This document shows positions 10,201 through 25,200 of a stretch of 64,000 nt of DNA, piece after piece. Source of the stretch: Mobula hypostoma (Eukaryota); the NCBI RefSeq assembly GCF_963921235.1, contig NC_086097.1, positions 139,316,001 through 139,380,000 on the forward strand, read 5' to 3'. The translations under genes and the position numbers were made by a program. The notes under the pieces were generated by a model. That model was not told the origin of the DNA, did no database searches, and worked only from the letters and a program-made list of their open reading frames with translations. The stretch's first letter is position 1. The number at the start of each line of letters is the position of its first letter.

Positions 10201-13200
10201 CACACTGCGGGATGGACAGTACAGAGGGAGTGTCAGACTGCGGGATGGACGGTACTGAGGGAGTGTCAGACTGTGGGATGGTCGGTACTGAGGGAGTGTC
10301 ACACTGTGGGATGGACGGTACTGAGGGAGTGTCAGACTGCGGGATGGTCGGTACTGAGGGAGTGTCACACTGCGGGACGGACGGTACTGAGGGAGTGTCA
10401 CACTGCGGGACGGAGAGTACTGAGGGAGTGTCACACTGCGGGACGAAGAGTACGGACGGAGTGTCACACTGCGGGATGGACGGTACTGAGGAAGTGTCAC
10501 ACTGCGGGATGGAGAGTACTGAGGGAGTGTCACACTGCGGGATGGACGGTACTGAGGGAGTGTCACACTGCGGGATGAACAGTACTGAGGGAGTGTCACA
10601 CTGCGGGATGGACGATACTGAGTGAGTGTCACACTGCGTGATGGATGGTACTGAGGGAGTGTCACACTGCGGGATGGACGGTACTGAGGGAGTGTCAGAC
10701 TGCGGGATGGTCGGTACTGAGGGAGTGTCACACTGCGGTATGGAGAGTACTGAGGGAGTGTCACACTGCGGGATGGACGGTACTGAGGGAGAGTCACACT
10801 GCGGGATGGACAGTACTGAGGGAGTGTCACACTGCGGGATGGAGAGTTCTGAGGGAGTGTCACACTGCGGGATGGACGGTACTGAGGGAGTGTCACACTG
10901 CGGGATGGACGGTACTGAGGGAGAGTCACACTGCGGGATGGACGGTACTGAGGGAGTGTCACACTGTGGGATGGAGAGTACTGAGGGAGTGTCACACTGC
11001 GGGATGGACGGTACTGAGGGAGTGTCACACTGCGGGATGGACAGTACTGAGGGAGTGTCACACTGCGGGATGGACGGTACTGAGGGAGTGTCACACTGCG
11101 GGATGGACGGTACTGAGGGAGTGTCACACTGCGGGATGGACGGTACTGAGGGAGTGTCACAATGCGGGATGGACGGTACTGAGGGAGTGTCACACTGCGG
11201 GATGGACGGTACTGATGGAGTGTCACACTGCGGGATGGTCGGTACTGAGGGAGTGTCACACTGCGGGATGGACAGTACTGATGGAGTGTCACACTGTGGG
11301 ATAGACGGTACTGAGGGAGTGTCACACTGCGGGATGGTCGGTACTGAGGGAGTGTCACACTGTGGGATGGAGAGTACAGAGGGAGTGTCACACTGCGGGA
11401 TGGACAGTACTGAGGGAGTGTCAGACTGTGGGATGGTTGGTACTGAGGGAGTGTCAGACTGTGGGATGGATGGTACTGAGGGAGTGTCAGACTGTGGGAT
11501 GGTCGGTACTGAGAGATTGTCACACTATAGGATGGAGAGTACTCAGGGAGTGTCACACTGCGGGATGGACAGTACAGAGGGAGTGTCACACTGCGGGATG
11601 GACGGTACTGAGGGAGTGTCAGACTGTGGGATGGTCGGTACTGAGGGAGTGTCACACTGTGGGATGGACGGTACTGAGGGAGTGTCAGACTGCGGGATGG
11701 TCGGTACTGAGGGAGTGTCACCCTGCGGGATGGACGGTACTGAGGGAGTGTCACACTGCGGGATGGACGGTACTGAGTGAGTGTCACACTGTGGGATGGA
11801 CGGTACTGATGGAGTGTCACACTGCGGTATGGAGAGTACTGAGGGAGTGTCACACTGCGGGATGGACGGTACTGAGGGAGAGTCACACTGCGGGATGGGA
11901 CAGTACTGAGGGAGTGTCACACTGCGGGATGGAGAGTACTGAGGGAGTGTCACACTGCGGGATGGACGGTACTGAGGGAGTATCACACTGCGGGATGGAC
12001 GGTACTGAGGGAGAGTCACACTGCGGGATGGACGGTACTGAGGGAGTGTCACACTGCGGGATGGAGAGTACTGAGGGAGTGTCACACTGCGGGATGGACG
12101 GTACTGAGGGAGTGTCACACTGCGGGATGGACGGTACTGAGGGAGTGTCACACTGCGGGATGGACGGTACTGAGTGAGTGTCACACTGCGGGATGGACGG
12201 TACTGAGGGAGTGTCACACTGCGGGATGGACGGTACTGAGGGAGTGTCACACTGCGGGATGGACGGTACTGAGGGAGTGTCACACTGCGGGATGGACGGG
12301 ACTGATGGAGTGTCACACTGCGGGATGGTCGGTACTGAGGGAGTGTCACACTGTGGGATGGACGGTACTGATGGAGTGTCACACTGTGGGATAGACGGTA
12401 CTGAGGGAGTGTCACACTGCGGGATGGTCGGTACTGAGGGAGTGTCACACTGTGGGATGGAGAGTACAGAGGGAGTGTCACACTGCGGGATGGACAGTAC
12501 TGAGGGAGTGTCAGACTGTGGGATGGTTGGTACTGAGGGAGTGTCAGACAGTGGGATGGATGGTACTGAGGGAGTGTCAGACTGTGGGATGGTCGGTACT
12601 GAGAGATTGTCACACTATAGGATGGAGAGTACTCAGGGAGTGTCACACTGCGGGATGGACAGTACAGAGGGAGTGTCAGACTGCGGGATGGACGGTACTG
12701 AGGGAGTGTCAGACTGTGGGATGGTCGGTACTGAGGGAGTGTCACACTGTGGGATGGACGGTACTGAGGGAGTGTCAGACTGCGGGATGGTCGGTACTGA
12801 GGGAGTGTCACACTGCGGGACGGACGGTACTGAGGGAGTGTCACACTGCGGGACGGAGAGTACTGAGGGAGTGTCACACTGCGGGACGAAGAGTACGGAC
12901 GGAGTGTCACACTGCGGGATGGACGGTACTGAGGAAGTGTCACACTGCGGGATGGAGAGTACTGAGGGAGTGTCACACTGTGGGTTTGACGGTATTGTGG
13001 GAGTGTCACTCTGTGGGATGGACAGTATTGAGGGAGTGTCACACTGTGAGATGGACGGTACTGAGGGAGTGTCACACTGTGGGACGGACAGTATTGAGGG
13101 AGTGTCACACTGTGAGATGGACGGTACTGAGGGAGTGTCACACTGTGGGATGGACAGTACTGAGGGAGTGTCACACTGTGGGATGGACAGTATTGAGGGA

Positions 13201-16200
13201 GTGTCACACTGTGAGATGGACGGTACTGAGGGAGTGTCACACTGTGGGATGGACGGTACTCAGGGAGTGTCACACTGCGGGATGGTCGGTATTGAGGGAG
13301 TGTCACACTGCGGTATGGAGAGTACTGAGGGAGTGTCACACTGCGGGATGGACGGTACTGAGAGAGAGTCACACTGCGGGATGGACGGTACTGAGGGAGT
13401 GTCACACTGCGGGATGGAGAGTACTGAGGGAGTGTCACACTGCGGGATGGAGAGTACTGAGGGAGTGTCACACTGCGGGATGGACGGTACTGAGGGAGTG
13501 TCACACTGCGGGATGGACAGTACTGAGGGAGTGTCACACTGCGGGATGGACGATACTGAGTGAGTGTCACACTGCGGGATGGACGGTACTGAGGGAGAGT
13601 CACACTGCGGGATGGACGGTACTGAGGGAGTGTCACACTGTGGGACGGACAGTATTGAGGGAGTGTCACACTGTGAGATGGACGGTACTGAGGGAGTGTC
13701 ACACTGTGGGATGGACAGTACTGAGGGAGTGTCACACTGTGGGATGGACAGTATTGAGGGAGTGTCACGCTGTGAGATGGACGGTACTGAGGGAGTGTCA
13801 CACTGTGGGATGGACGGTACTGAGGGAGTGTCACACTGCGGGATGGTCGGTATTGAGGGAGTGTCACACTGCGGTCTGGAGAGTACTGAGGGAGTGTCAC
13901 ACTGCGGTATGGAGAGTACTGAGGGAGTGTCACACTGTGGGATGGACGGTACTGAGGGAGTGTCACACTGCGGGATGGAGAGTACTCAGGGAGTGTCACA
14001 CTGCGGGATGGACGGTACTGAGGGAGAGTCACACTGCAGGATGGAGAGTACTGAGGGAGTGTCACACTGCGGGATGGACGGTACTGAGGGAGTGTCACAC
14101 TGCGGGATGGACAGTACTGAGGGAGTGTCACACTGCGGGATGGACGATACTGAGTGAGTGTCACACTGCGTGATGGATGGTACTGAGGGAGTGTCACACT
14201 GCGGGATGGACGGTACTGAGGGAGTGTCACACTGCGGGATGGACGGTACTGAGGGAGTGTCACACTGCGGGATGGACGGTACTGAGGGAGTGTCACACTG
14301 TGGGATGGACGGTACTGATGGAGTGTCACACTGCGGGATGGTCGGTACTGAGGGAGTGTCACACTGCGGTATGGAGAGTACTGAGGGAGTGTCACACTGC
14401 GGGATGGACGGTACTGAGGGAGAATCACACTGCGGGATGGACAGTACTGAGGGAGTGTCACACTGCGGGATGGAGAGTACTGAGGGAGTGTCACACTGCG
14501 GGATGGACGGTACTGAGGGAGTGTCACACTGCGGGATGGACGGTACTGAGGGAGTGTCACACTGCGGGATGGACGGTACTGAGTGAGTGTCACACTGCGG
14601 GATGGACGGTACTGAGGGAGTGTCACACTGCGGGATGGACGGTACTGAGGGAGTGTCACACTGCGGGATGGACGGTACTGAGGGAGTGTCACACTGCGGG
14701 ATGGACGGTACTGAGGGAGTGTCACACTGCGGGATGGACGGTACTGATGGAGTGTCACACTGCGGGATGGTCGGTACTGAGGGAGTGTCACAATGTGGGA
14801 TGGACAGTACTGATGGAGTGTCACACTGTGGGATAGACGGTACTGAGGGAGTGTCACACTGCGGGATGGTCGGTACTGAGGGAGTGTCACACTGTGGGAT
14901 GGAGAGTACAGAGGGAGTGTCACACTGCGGGATGGACAGTACTGAGGGAGTGTCAGACTGTGGGATGGTTGGTACTGAGGGAGTGTCAGACTGTGGGATG
15001 GATGGTACTGAGGGAGTGTCAGACTGTGGGATGGTCGGTACTGAGAGATTGTCACACTATAGGATGGAGAGTACTCAGGGAGTGTCACACTGCGGGATGG
15101 ACAGTACAGAGGGAGTGTCACACTGCGGGATGGATGGTACTGAGGGAGTGTCAGACTGTGGGATGGTCGGTACTGAGGGAGTGTCACACTGTGGGATGGA
15201 CGGTACTGAGGGAGTGTAAGACTGCGGGATGGTCGGTACTCAGGGAGTGTCACACTGCGGGATGGACGGTACTGATGGATTGTCACACTGCGGGATGGAC
15301 GGTACTGAGTGAGTGTCACACTGCGGGATGGACGGTACTGATGGAGTGTCACACTGCGGTATGGAGAGTACTGAGGGAGTGTCACACTGCGGGATGGACG
15401 GTACTGAGGGAGAGTCACACTGCGGGATGGGACAGTACTGAGGGAGTGTCAAACCGCGGGATGGAGAGTACTGAGGGAGTGTCACACTGCGGGATGGACG
15501 GTACTGAGGGAGTATCACACTGCGGGATGGACGGGACTGAGGGAGAGTCACACTGCGGGATGGACGGTACTGAGGGAGTGTCACACTGTGGGATGGAGAG
15601 TACTGAGGGAGTGTCACACTGCGGGATGGACGGTACTGAGGGAGTGTCACACTGCGGGATGGACGGTACTCAGGGAGTGTCACACTGCGGGATGGACGGT
15701 ACTGAGGGAGTGTCACACTGCGGGATGGACGGTACTGATGGAGTGTCACACTGCGGGATGGTCGGTACTGAGGGAGTGTCACACTGTGGGATAGACGGTA
15801 CTGAGGGAGTGTCACACTGCGGGATGGTCGGTACTGAGAGATTGTCACACTATAGGATGGAGAGTACTCAGGGAGTGTCACACTGCGGGATGGACAGTAA
15901 AGAGGGAGTGTCACACTGTGGGATGGTCGGTACTGAGGGAGTGTCACACTGTGGGATGGACGGTACTGAGGGAGTGTCAGACTGCGGGATGGTCGGTACT
16001 GAGGGAGTGTCACACTGCGGGACGGACGGTACTGAGGGAGTGTCACACTGCGGGACGGAGGGTACTGAGGGAGTGTCACACTGCGGGACTGAGAGTACTG
16101 AGGTAGTGTCACACTGCGGGACGAAGAGTACGGACGGAGTGTCACACTGCGGGATGGACGGTACTGAGGGAGTGTCACACTGCGGGATGGACGGTACTGA

Positions 16201-19200
16201 GGGAGTGTCACACTGCGGGATGGAGAGTACTGAGTGAGTGTCACACTGCGTGATGGACGGTACTGAGGGAGTGTCACACTGCGGGATGGACAGTACTGAG
16301 GTAGTGTCACACTGCGGGATGGACGGTACTGAGGGAGTGTCACACTGCGGGATGGACGGTACTGAGGGAGTGTCACACTGCGGGATGGACGGTACTGAGG
16401 GAGAGTCACACTGCGGGATGGACAGTACTGAGGGAGTGTCACACTGCGGGATGGAGAGTACTGAGGGAGTGTCACACAGCGGGATGGACAGTACAGAGGG
16501 AGTGTCACACTGCGGGATGGACGGTACTGAGGGAGTGTCAGACTGCGGGATGGACAGTACTGAGGGAGTGTCACACTGCGGGATGGACGGTACTGAGTGA
16601 GTGTCACACTGCGGGATGGACGGTACTGAGGGAGTGTCACACTGCGGGATGGACGGTACTGAGGGAGTGTCACACTGCGGGATGGACGGTACTGAGGGAG
16701 TGTCACACTGCGGGATGGACGGTACTGATGGAGTGTCACACTGCGGGATGGTCGGTACTGAGGGAGTGTCACACTGTGGGATGGACAGTACTGATGGAGT
16801 GTCACACTGTTGGATAGACGGTACTGAGGGAGTGTCACACTGCGGGATGGTCGGTACTGAGGGAGTGTCACACTGTGGGATGGAGAGTACAGAGGGAGTG
16901 TCACACTGCGGGATGGACAGTACTGAGGGAGTGTCAGACTGTGGGATGGTTGGTACTGAGGGAGTGTCAGACTGTGGGATGGATGGTACTGAGGGAGTGT
17001 CAGACTGTGGGATGGTCGGTACTGAGAGATTGTCACACTATAGGATGGAGAGTACTGAGGGAGTGTCACACTGCGGGACGGAGAGTACGGACGGAGTGTC
17101 ACACTGCGGGATGGACGGTACTGAGGGAGTGTCACACTGCGGGATGGACGGTACTGAGTGAGTGTCACACTGCGGGATGGACGGTACTGAGGGAGTGTCA
17201 AACTGCGGGATGGACGGTACTGAGGGAGTGTCACACTGCGGGATGCATGGTACTGATGGAGTGTCACACTGCGGGATGGTCGGTACTGAGGGTGTGTCAC
17301 ACTGTGGGATGGACAGTACTGATGGAGTGTCACACTGTGGGATAGACGGTACTGAGGGAGTGTCACACTGCGGGATGGTCGGTACTGAGGGAGTGTCACA
17401 CTGTGGGATGGAGAGTACAGAGGGAGTGTCACACTGCGGGATGGACAGTACTGAGGGAGTGTCAGACTGTGGGATGGTTGGTACTGAGGGAGTGTCAGAC
17501 TGTGGGATGGATGGTACTGAGGGAGTGTCAGACTGTGGGATGGTCGGTACTGAGAGATTGTCACACTATAGGATGGAGAGTACTGAGGGAGTGTCACACT
17601 GCGGGACGGAGAGTACGGACGGAGTGTCACACTGCGGGACGGACGGTACTGAGGGAGTGTCACACTGCGGGACGGAGGGTACTGAGGGAGTGTCACACTG
17701 CGGGACGGAGAGTACTGAGGGAGTGTCACACTGCGGGACGAAGAGTACGGACGGAGTGTCACACTGCGGGATGGACGGTACTGAGGAAGTGTCACACTGC
17801 GGGATGGAGAGTACTGAGGGAGTGTCACACTGTGGGTTTGACGGTATTGTGGGAGTGTCACTCTGTGGGATGGACAGTATTGAGGGATTGTCACACTGTG
17901 AGATGGACGGTACTGAGGGAGTGTCACACTGTGGGACGGACAGTATTGAGGGAGTGTCACACTGTGAGATGGACGGTACTGAGGGAGTGTCACACTGTGG
18001 GATGGACAGTACTGAGGGAGTGTCACACTGTGGGATGGACAGTATTGAGGGAGTGTCACACTGTGAGATGGACGGTACTGAGGGAGTGTCACACTGTGGG
18101 ATGGACGGTTCTCAGGGAGTGTCACACTGCGGGATGGTCGGTATTGAGGGAGTGTCACACTGCGGTATGGAGAGTACTGAGGGAGTGTCACACTGCGGGA
18201 TGGACGGTACTGAGAGAGAGTCACACTGCGGGATGGACGGTACTGAGGGAGTGTCACACTGCGGGATGGACAGTACTGAGGGAGTGTCACACTGCGGGAT
18301 GGAGAGTACTGAGGGAGTGTCACACTGCGGGATGGACGGTACTGAGGGAGTGTCACACTGCGGGATGGACAGTACTGAGGGAGTGTCACACTGCGGGATG
18401 GACGATACTGAGTGAGTGTCACACTGCGGGATGGACGGTACTGAGGGAGAGTCACACTGCGGGATGGACGGTACTGAGGGAGTGTCACACTGTGGGACGG
18501 ACAGTATTGAGGGAGTGTCACACTGTGAGATGGACGGTACTGAGGGAGTGTCACACTGTGGGATGGACAGTACTGAGGGAGTGTCACACTGTGGGATGGA
18601 CAGTATTGAGGGAGTGTCACACTGTGAGATGGACGGTACTGAGGGAGTGTCACACTGGGGGATGGACGGTACTGAGGGAGTGTCACACTGCGGGATGGTC
18701 GGTATTGAGGGAGTGTCACACTGCGGTCTGGAGAGTACTGAGGGAGTGTCACACTGCGGTATGGAGAGTACTGAGGGAGTGTCACACTGCGGGATGGACG
18801 GTACTGAGGGAGTGTCACACTGCGGGATGGAGAGTACTGAGGGAGTGTCACACTGCGGGATGGACGGTACTGAGGGAGAGTCACACTGCGGGATGGAGAG
18901 TACTAAGGGAGTGTCACACTGCGGGATGGACGGTACTGAGGGAGTGTCACACTGCGGGATGGACAGTACTGAGGGAGTGTCACACTGCGGGATGGACGAT
19001 ACTGAGTGAGTGTCACACTGCGTGATGGATGGTACTGAGGGAGTGTCACACTGCGGGATGGACGGTACTGAGGGAGTGTCACACTGCGGGATGGACGGTA
19101 CTGAGGGAGTGTCACACTGCGGGATGGACGGTACTGAGGGAGTGTCACACTGCGGGATGGACGGTACTGATGGAGTGTCACACTGCGGGATAGTCGGTAC

Positions 19201-22200
19201 TGAGGGAGTGTCACACTGCGGTATGGAGAGTACTGAGGGAGTGTCACACTGCGGGATGGACGGTACTGAGGGAGAATCACACTGCGGCATGGACAGTACT
19301 GAGGGAGTGTCACACTGCGGGATGGAGAGTACTGAGGGAGTGTCACACTGCGGGATGGACAGTACTGAGGGAGTGTCACACTGCGGGATGGACGGTACTG
19401 AGGGAGTGTCACACTGCGGGATGGACGGTACTGAGTGAGTGTCACACTGCGGGATGGACGGTACTGAGGGAGTGTCACACTGCGGGATGGACGGTACTGA
19501 GGGAGTGTCACACTGCGGGATGGACGGTACTGAGGGAGTGTCACACTGCGGGATGGACGGTAATGAGGGAGTGTCACACTGCGGGATGGACGGTACTGAT
19601 GGAGTGTCACACTGCGGGATGGTCGGTACTGAGGGAGTGTCACACTGTGGGATGGACTGTACTGAGGGAGTGTCACACTGTGGGATAGACGGTACTGAGG
19701 GAGTGTCACACTGCGGGATGGTCGGTACTGAGGGAGTGTCACACTGTGGGATGGAGAGTACAGAGGGAGTGTCACACTGCGGGATGGACAGTACTGAGGG
19801 AGTGTCAGACCGTGGGATGGTTGGTACTGAGGGAGTGTCAGACTGTGGGATGGATGGTACTGAGGGAGTGTCAGACTGTGGGATGGTCGGTACTGAGAGA
19901 TTGTCACACTATAGGATGGAGAGTACTCAGGGAGTGTCACACTGCGGGATGGACAGTACAGAGGGAGTGTCACACTGCGGGATGGATGGTACTGAGGGAG
20001 TGTCAGACTGTGGGATGGTCGGTACTGAGGCAGTGTCACACTGTGGGATGGACGGTACTGAGGGAGTGTAAGACTGCGGGATGGTCGGTACTCAGGGAGT
20101 GTCACACTGCGGGATGGACGGTACTGATGGAGTGTCACACTGCGGGATGGACGGTACTGAGTGAGTGTCACACTGCGGGATGGACGGTACTGATGGAGTG
20201 TCACACTGCGGTATGGAGAGTACTGAGGGAGTGTCACACTGCGGGATGGACGGTACTGAGGGAGAGTCACACTGCGGGATGGGACAGTACTGAGGGAGTG
20301 TCAAACCGCGGGATGGAGAGTACTGAGGGAGTGTCACACTGCGGGATGGACGGTACTGAGGGAGTATCACACTGCGGGATGGACGGGACTGAGGGAGAGT
20401 CACACTGCGGGATGGACGGTACTGAGGGAGTGTCACACTGTGGGATGGAGAGTACTGAGGGAGTGTCACACTGCGGGATGGACGGTACTGAGGGAGTGTC
20501 ACACTGCGGGATGGACGGTACTCAGGGAGTGTCACACTGCGGGATGGACGGTACTGAGGGAGTGTCACACTGCGGGATGGACGGTATTGATGGAGTGTCA
20601 CACTGCGGGATGGTCGGTACTGAGGGAGTGTCACACTGTGGGATAGACGGTACTGAGGGAGTGTCACACTGCGGGATGGTCGGTACTGAGAGATTGTCAC
20701 ACTATAGTATGGAGAGTACTCAGGGAGTGTCACACTGCGGGATGGACAGTAAAGAGGGAGTGTCACACTGTGGGATGGTCGGTACTGAGGGAGTGTCACA
20801 CTGTGGGATGGACGGTACTGAGGGAGTGTCAGACTGCGGGATGGTCGGTACTGAGGGAGTGTCACACTGCGGGACGGACGGTACTGAGGGAGTGTCACAC
20901 TGCGGGACGGAGGGTACTGAGGGAGTGTCACACTGCGGGACGGAGAGTACTGAGGGAGTGTCACACTGCGGGACGGAGAGTACGGACGGAGTGTCACACT
21001 GCGGGATGGACGGTACTGAGGGAGTGTCACACTGCGGGATGGACGGTACTGAGGGAGTGTCACACTGCGGGATGGAGAGTACTGAGTGAGTGTCACACTG
21101 CGTGATGGACGGTACTGAGGGAGTGTCACACTGCGGGATGGACAGTACTGAGGTAGTGTCACACTGCGGGATGGACGGTACTGAGGGAGTGTCACACTGC
21201 GGGATGGACGGTACTGAGGGAGTGTCACACTGCGGGATGGACGGTACTGAGGGAGAGTCACACTGCGGGATGGACAGTACTGAGGGAGTGTCACACTGCG
21301 GGATGGAGAGTACTGAGGGAGTGTCACACAGCGGGATGGACAGTACAGAGGGAGTGTCACACTGCGGGATGGACGGTACTGAGGGAGTGTCAGACTGCGG
21401 GATGGACAGTACTGAGGGAGTGTCACACTGCGGGATGGACGGTACTGAGTGAGTGTCACACTGCGGGATGGACCGTACTGAGGGAGTGTCACACTGCGGG
21501 ATGGACGGTACTGAGGGAGTGTCACACTGCGGGATGGACGGTACTGAGGGAGTGTCACACTGCGGGATGGACGGTACTGATGGAGTGTCACACTGCGGGA
21601 TGGTCGGTACTGAGGGAGTGTCACACTGTGGGATGGACAGTACTGATGGAGTGTCACACTGTGGGATAGACGGTACTGAGGGAGTGTCACACTGCGGGAT
21701 GGTCGGTACTGAGGGAGTGTCACACTGTGGGATGGAGAGTACAGAGGGAGTGTCACACTGCGGGATGGACAGTACTGAGGGAGTGTCAGACTGTGGGATG
21801 GTTGGTACTGAGGGAGTGTCAGACTGTGGGATGGATGGTACTGAGGGAGTGTCAGACTGTGGGATGGTCGGTACTGAGAGATTGTCACACTATAGGATGG
21901 AGAGTACTGAGGGAGTGTCACACTGCGGGACGGAGAGTACGGACGGAGTGTCACACTGCGGGATGGACGGTACTGAGGGAGTGTCACACTGCGGGATGGA
22001 CGGTACTGAGTGAGTGTCACACTGCGGGATGGACGGTACTGAGGGAGTGTCAAACTGCGGGATGGACGGTACTGAGGGAGTGTCACACTGCGGGATGCAT
22101 GGTACTGATGGAGTGTCACACTGCGGGATGGTCGGTACTGAGGGTGTGTCACACTGTGGGATGGACAGTACTGATGGAGTGTCACACTGTGGGATAGACG

Positions 22201-25200
22201 GTACTGAGGGAGTGTCACACTGCGGGATGGTCGGTACTGAGGGAGTGTCACACTGTGGGATGGAGAGTACAGAGGGAGTGTCACACTGCGGGATGGACAG
22301 TACTGAGGGAGTGTCAGACTGTGGGATGGTTGGTACTGAGGGAGTGTCAGACTGTGGGATGGATGGTACTGAGGGAGTGTCAGACTGTGGGATGGTCGGT
22401 ACTGAGAGATTGTCACACTATAGGATGGAGAGTACTGAGGGAGTGTCACACTGCGGGACGGAGAGTACGGACGGAGTGTCACACTGCGGGACGGACGGTA
22501 CTGAGGGAGTGTCACACTGCGGGACGGAGGGTACTGAGGGAGTGTCACACTGCGGGACGGAGAGTACTGAGGGAGTGTCACACTGCGGGACGAAGAGTAC
22601 GGACGGAGTGTCACACTGCGGGATGGACGGTACTGAGGAAGTGTCACACTGCGGGATGGAGAGTACTGAGGGAGTGTCACACTGTGGGTTTGACGGTATT
22701 GTGGGAGTGTCACTCTGTGGGATGGACAGTATTGAGGGATTGTCACACTGTGAGATGGACGGTACTGAGGGAGTGTCACACTGTGGGACGGACAGTATTG
22801 AGGGAGTGTCACACTGTGAGATGGACGGTACTGAGGGAGTGTCACACTGTGGGATGGACAGTACTGAGGGAGTGTCACACTGTGGGATGGACAGTATTGA
22901 GGGAGTGTCACACTGTGAGATGGACGGTACTGAGGGAGTGTCACACTGTGGGATGGACGGTTCTCAGGGAGTGTCACACTGCGGGATGGTCGGTATTGAG
23001 GGAGTGTCACACTGCGGTATGGAGAGTACTGAGGGAGTGTCACACTGCGGGATGGACGGTACTGAGAGAGAGTCACACTGCGGGATGGACGGTACTGAGG
23101 GAGTGTCACACTGCGGGATGGACAGTACTGAGGGAGTGTCACACTGCGGGATGGAGAGTACTGAGGGAGTGTCACACTGCGGGATGGACGGTACTGAGGG
23201 AGTGTCACACTGCGGGATGGACAGTACTGAGGGAGTGTCACACTGCGGGATGGACGATACTGAGTGAGTGTCACACTGCGGGATGGACGGTACTGAGGGA
23301 GAGTCACACTGCGGGATGGACGGTACTGAGGGAGTGTCACACTGTGGGACGGACAGTATTGAGGGAGTGTCACACTGTGAGATGGACGGTACTGAGGGAG
23401 TGTCACACTGTGGGATGGACAGTACTGAGGGAGTGTCACACTGTGGGATGGACAGTATTGAGGGAGTGTCACACTGTGAGATGGACGGTACTGAGGGAGT
23501 GTCACACTGTGGGATGGACGGTACTGAGGGAGTGTCACACTGCGGGATGGTCGGTATTGAGGGAGTGTCACACTGCGGTCTGGAGAGTACTGAGGGAGTG
23601 TCACACTGCGGTATGGAGAGTACTGAGGGAGTGTCACACTGCGGGATGGACGGTACTGAGGGAGTGTCACACTGCGGGATGGAGAGTACTGAGGGAGTGT
23701 CACACTGCGGGATGGACGGTACTGAGGGAGAGTCACACTGCGGGATGGAGAGTACTGAGGGAGTGTCACACTGCGGGATGGACGGTACTGAGGGAGTGTC
23801 ACACTGCGGGATGGACAGTACTGAGGGAGTGTCACACTGCGGGATGGACGGTACTGAGTGAGTGTCACACTGCGTGATGGATGGTACTGAGGGAGTGTCA
23901 CACTGCGGGATGGACGGTACTGAGGGAGTGTCACACTGCGGGATGGACGGTACTGAGGGAGTGTCACACTGCGGGATGGACGGTACTGAGGGAGTGTCAC
24001 ACTGCGGGATGGACGGTACTGATGGAGTGTCACACTGCGGGATAGTCGGTACTGAGGGAGTGTCACACTGCGGTATGGAGAGTACTGAGGGAGTGTCACA
24101 CTGCGGGATGGACGGTACTGAGGGAGAATCACACTGCGGGATGGACAGTACTGAGGGAGTGTCACACTGCGGGATGGAGAGTACTGAGGGAGTGTCACAC
24201 TGCGGGATGGACAGTACTGAGGGAGTGTCACACTGCGGGATGGACGGTACTGAGGGAGTGTCACACTGCGGGATGGACGGTACTGAGTGAGTGTCACACT
24301 GCGGGATGGACGGTACTGAGGGAGTGTCACACTGCGGGATGGACGGTACTGAGGGAGTGTCACACTGCGGGATGGACGGTACTGAGGGAGTGTCACACTG
24401 CGGGATGGACGGTAATGAGGGAGTGTCACACTGCGGGATGGACGGTACTGATGGAGTGTCACACTGCGGGATGGTCGGTACTGAGGGAGTGTCACAATGT
24501 GGGATGGACAGTACTGATGGAGTGTCACACTGTGGGATAGACGGTACTGAGGGAGTGTCACACTGCGGGATGGTCGGTACTGAGGGAGTGTCACACTGTG
24601 GGATGGAGAGTACTGAGGGAGTGTCACACTGCGGGATGGACAGTACTGAGGGAGTGTCAGACCGTGGGATGGTTGGTACTGAGGGAGTGTCAGACTGTGG
24701 GATGGATGGTACTGAGGGAGTGTCAGACTGTGGGATGGTCGGTACTGAGAGATTGTCACACTATAGGATGGAGAGTACTCAGGGAGTGTCACACTGCGGG
24801 ATGGACAGTACAGAGGGAGTGTCACACTGCGGGATGGATGGTACTGAGGGAGTGTCAGACTGTGGGATGGTCGGTACTGAGGCAGTGTCACACTGTGGGA
24901 TGGACGGTACTGAGGGAGTGTAAGACTGCGGGATGGTCGGTACTGAGGGAGTGTCACACTGCGGGATGGACGGTACTGATGGAGTGTCACTCTGCGGGAT
25001 GGACGGTACTGAGTGAGTGTCACACTGCGGGATGGACGGTACTGATGGAGTGTCACACTGCGGTATGGAGAGTACTGAGGGAGTGTCACACTGCGGGATG
25101 GACGGTACTGAGGGAGAGTCACACTGCGGGATGGGACAGTACTGAGGGAGTGTCAAACTGCGGGATGGAGAGTACTGAGGGAGTGTCACACTGCGGGATG

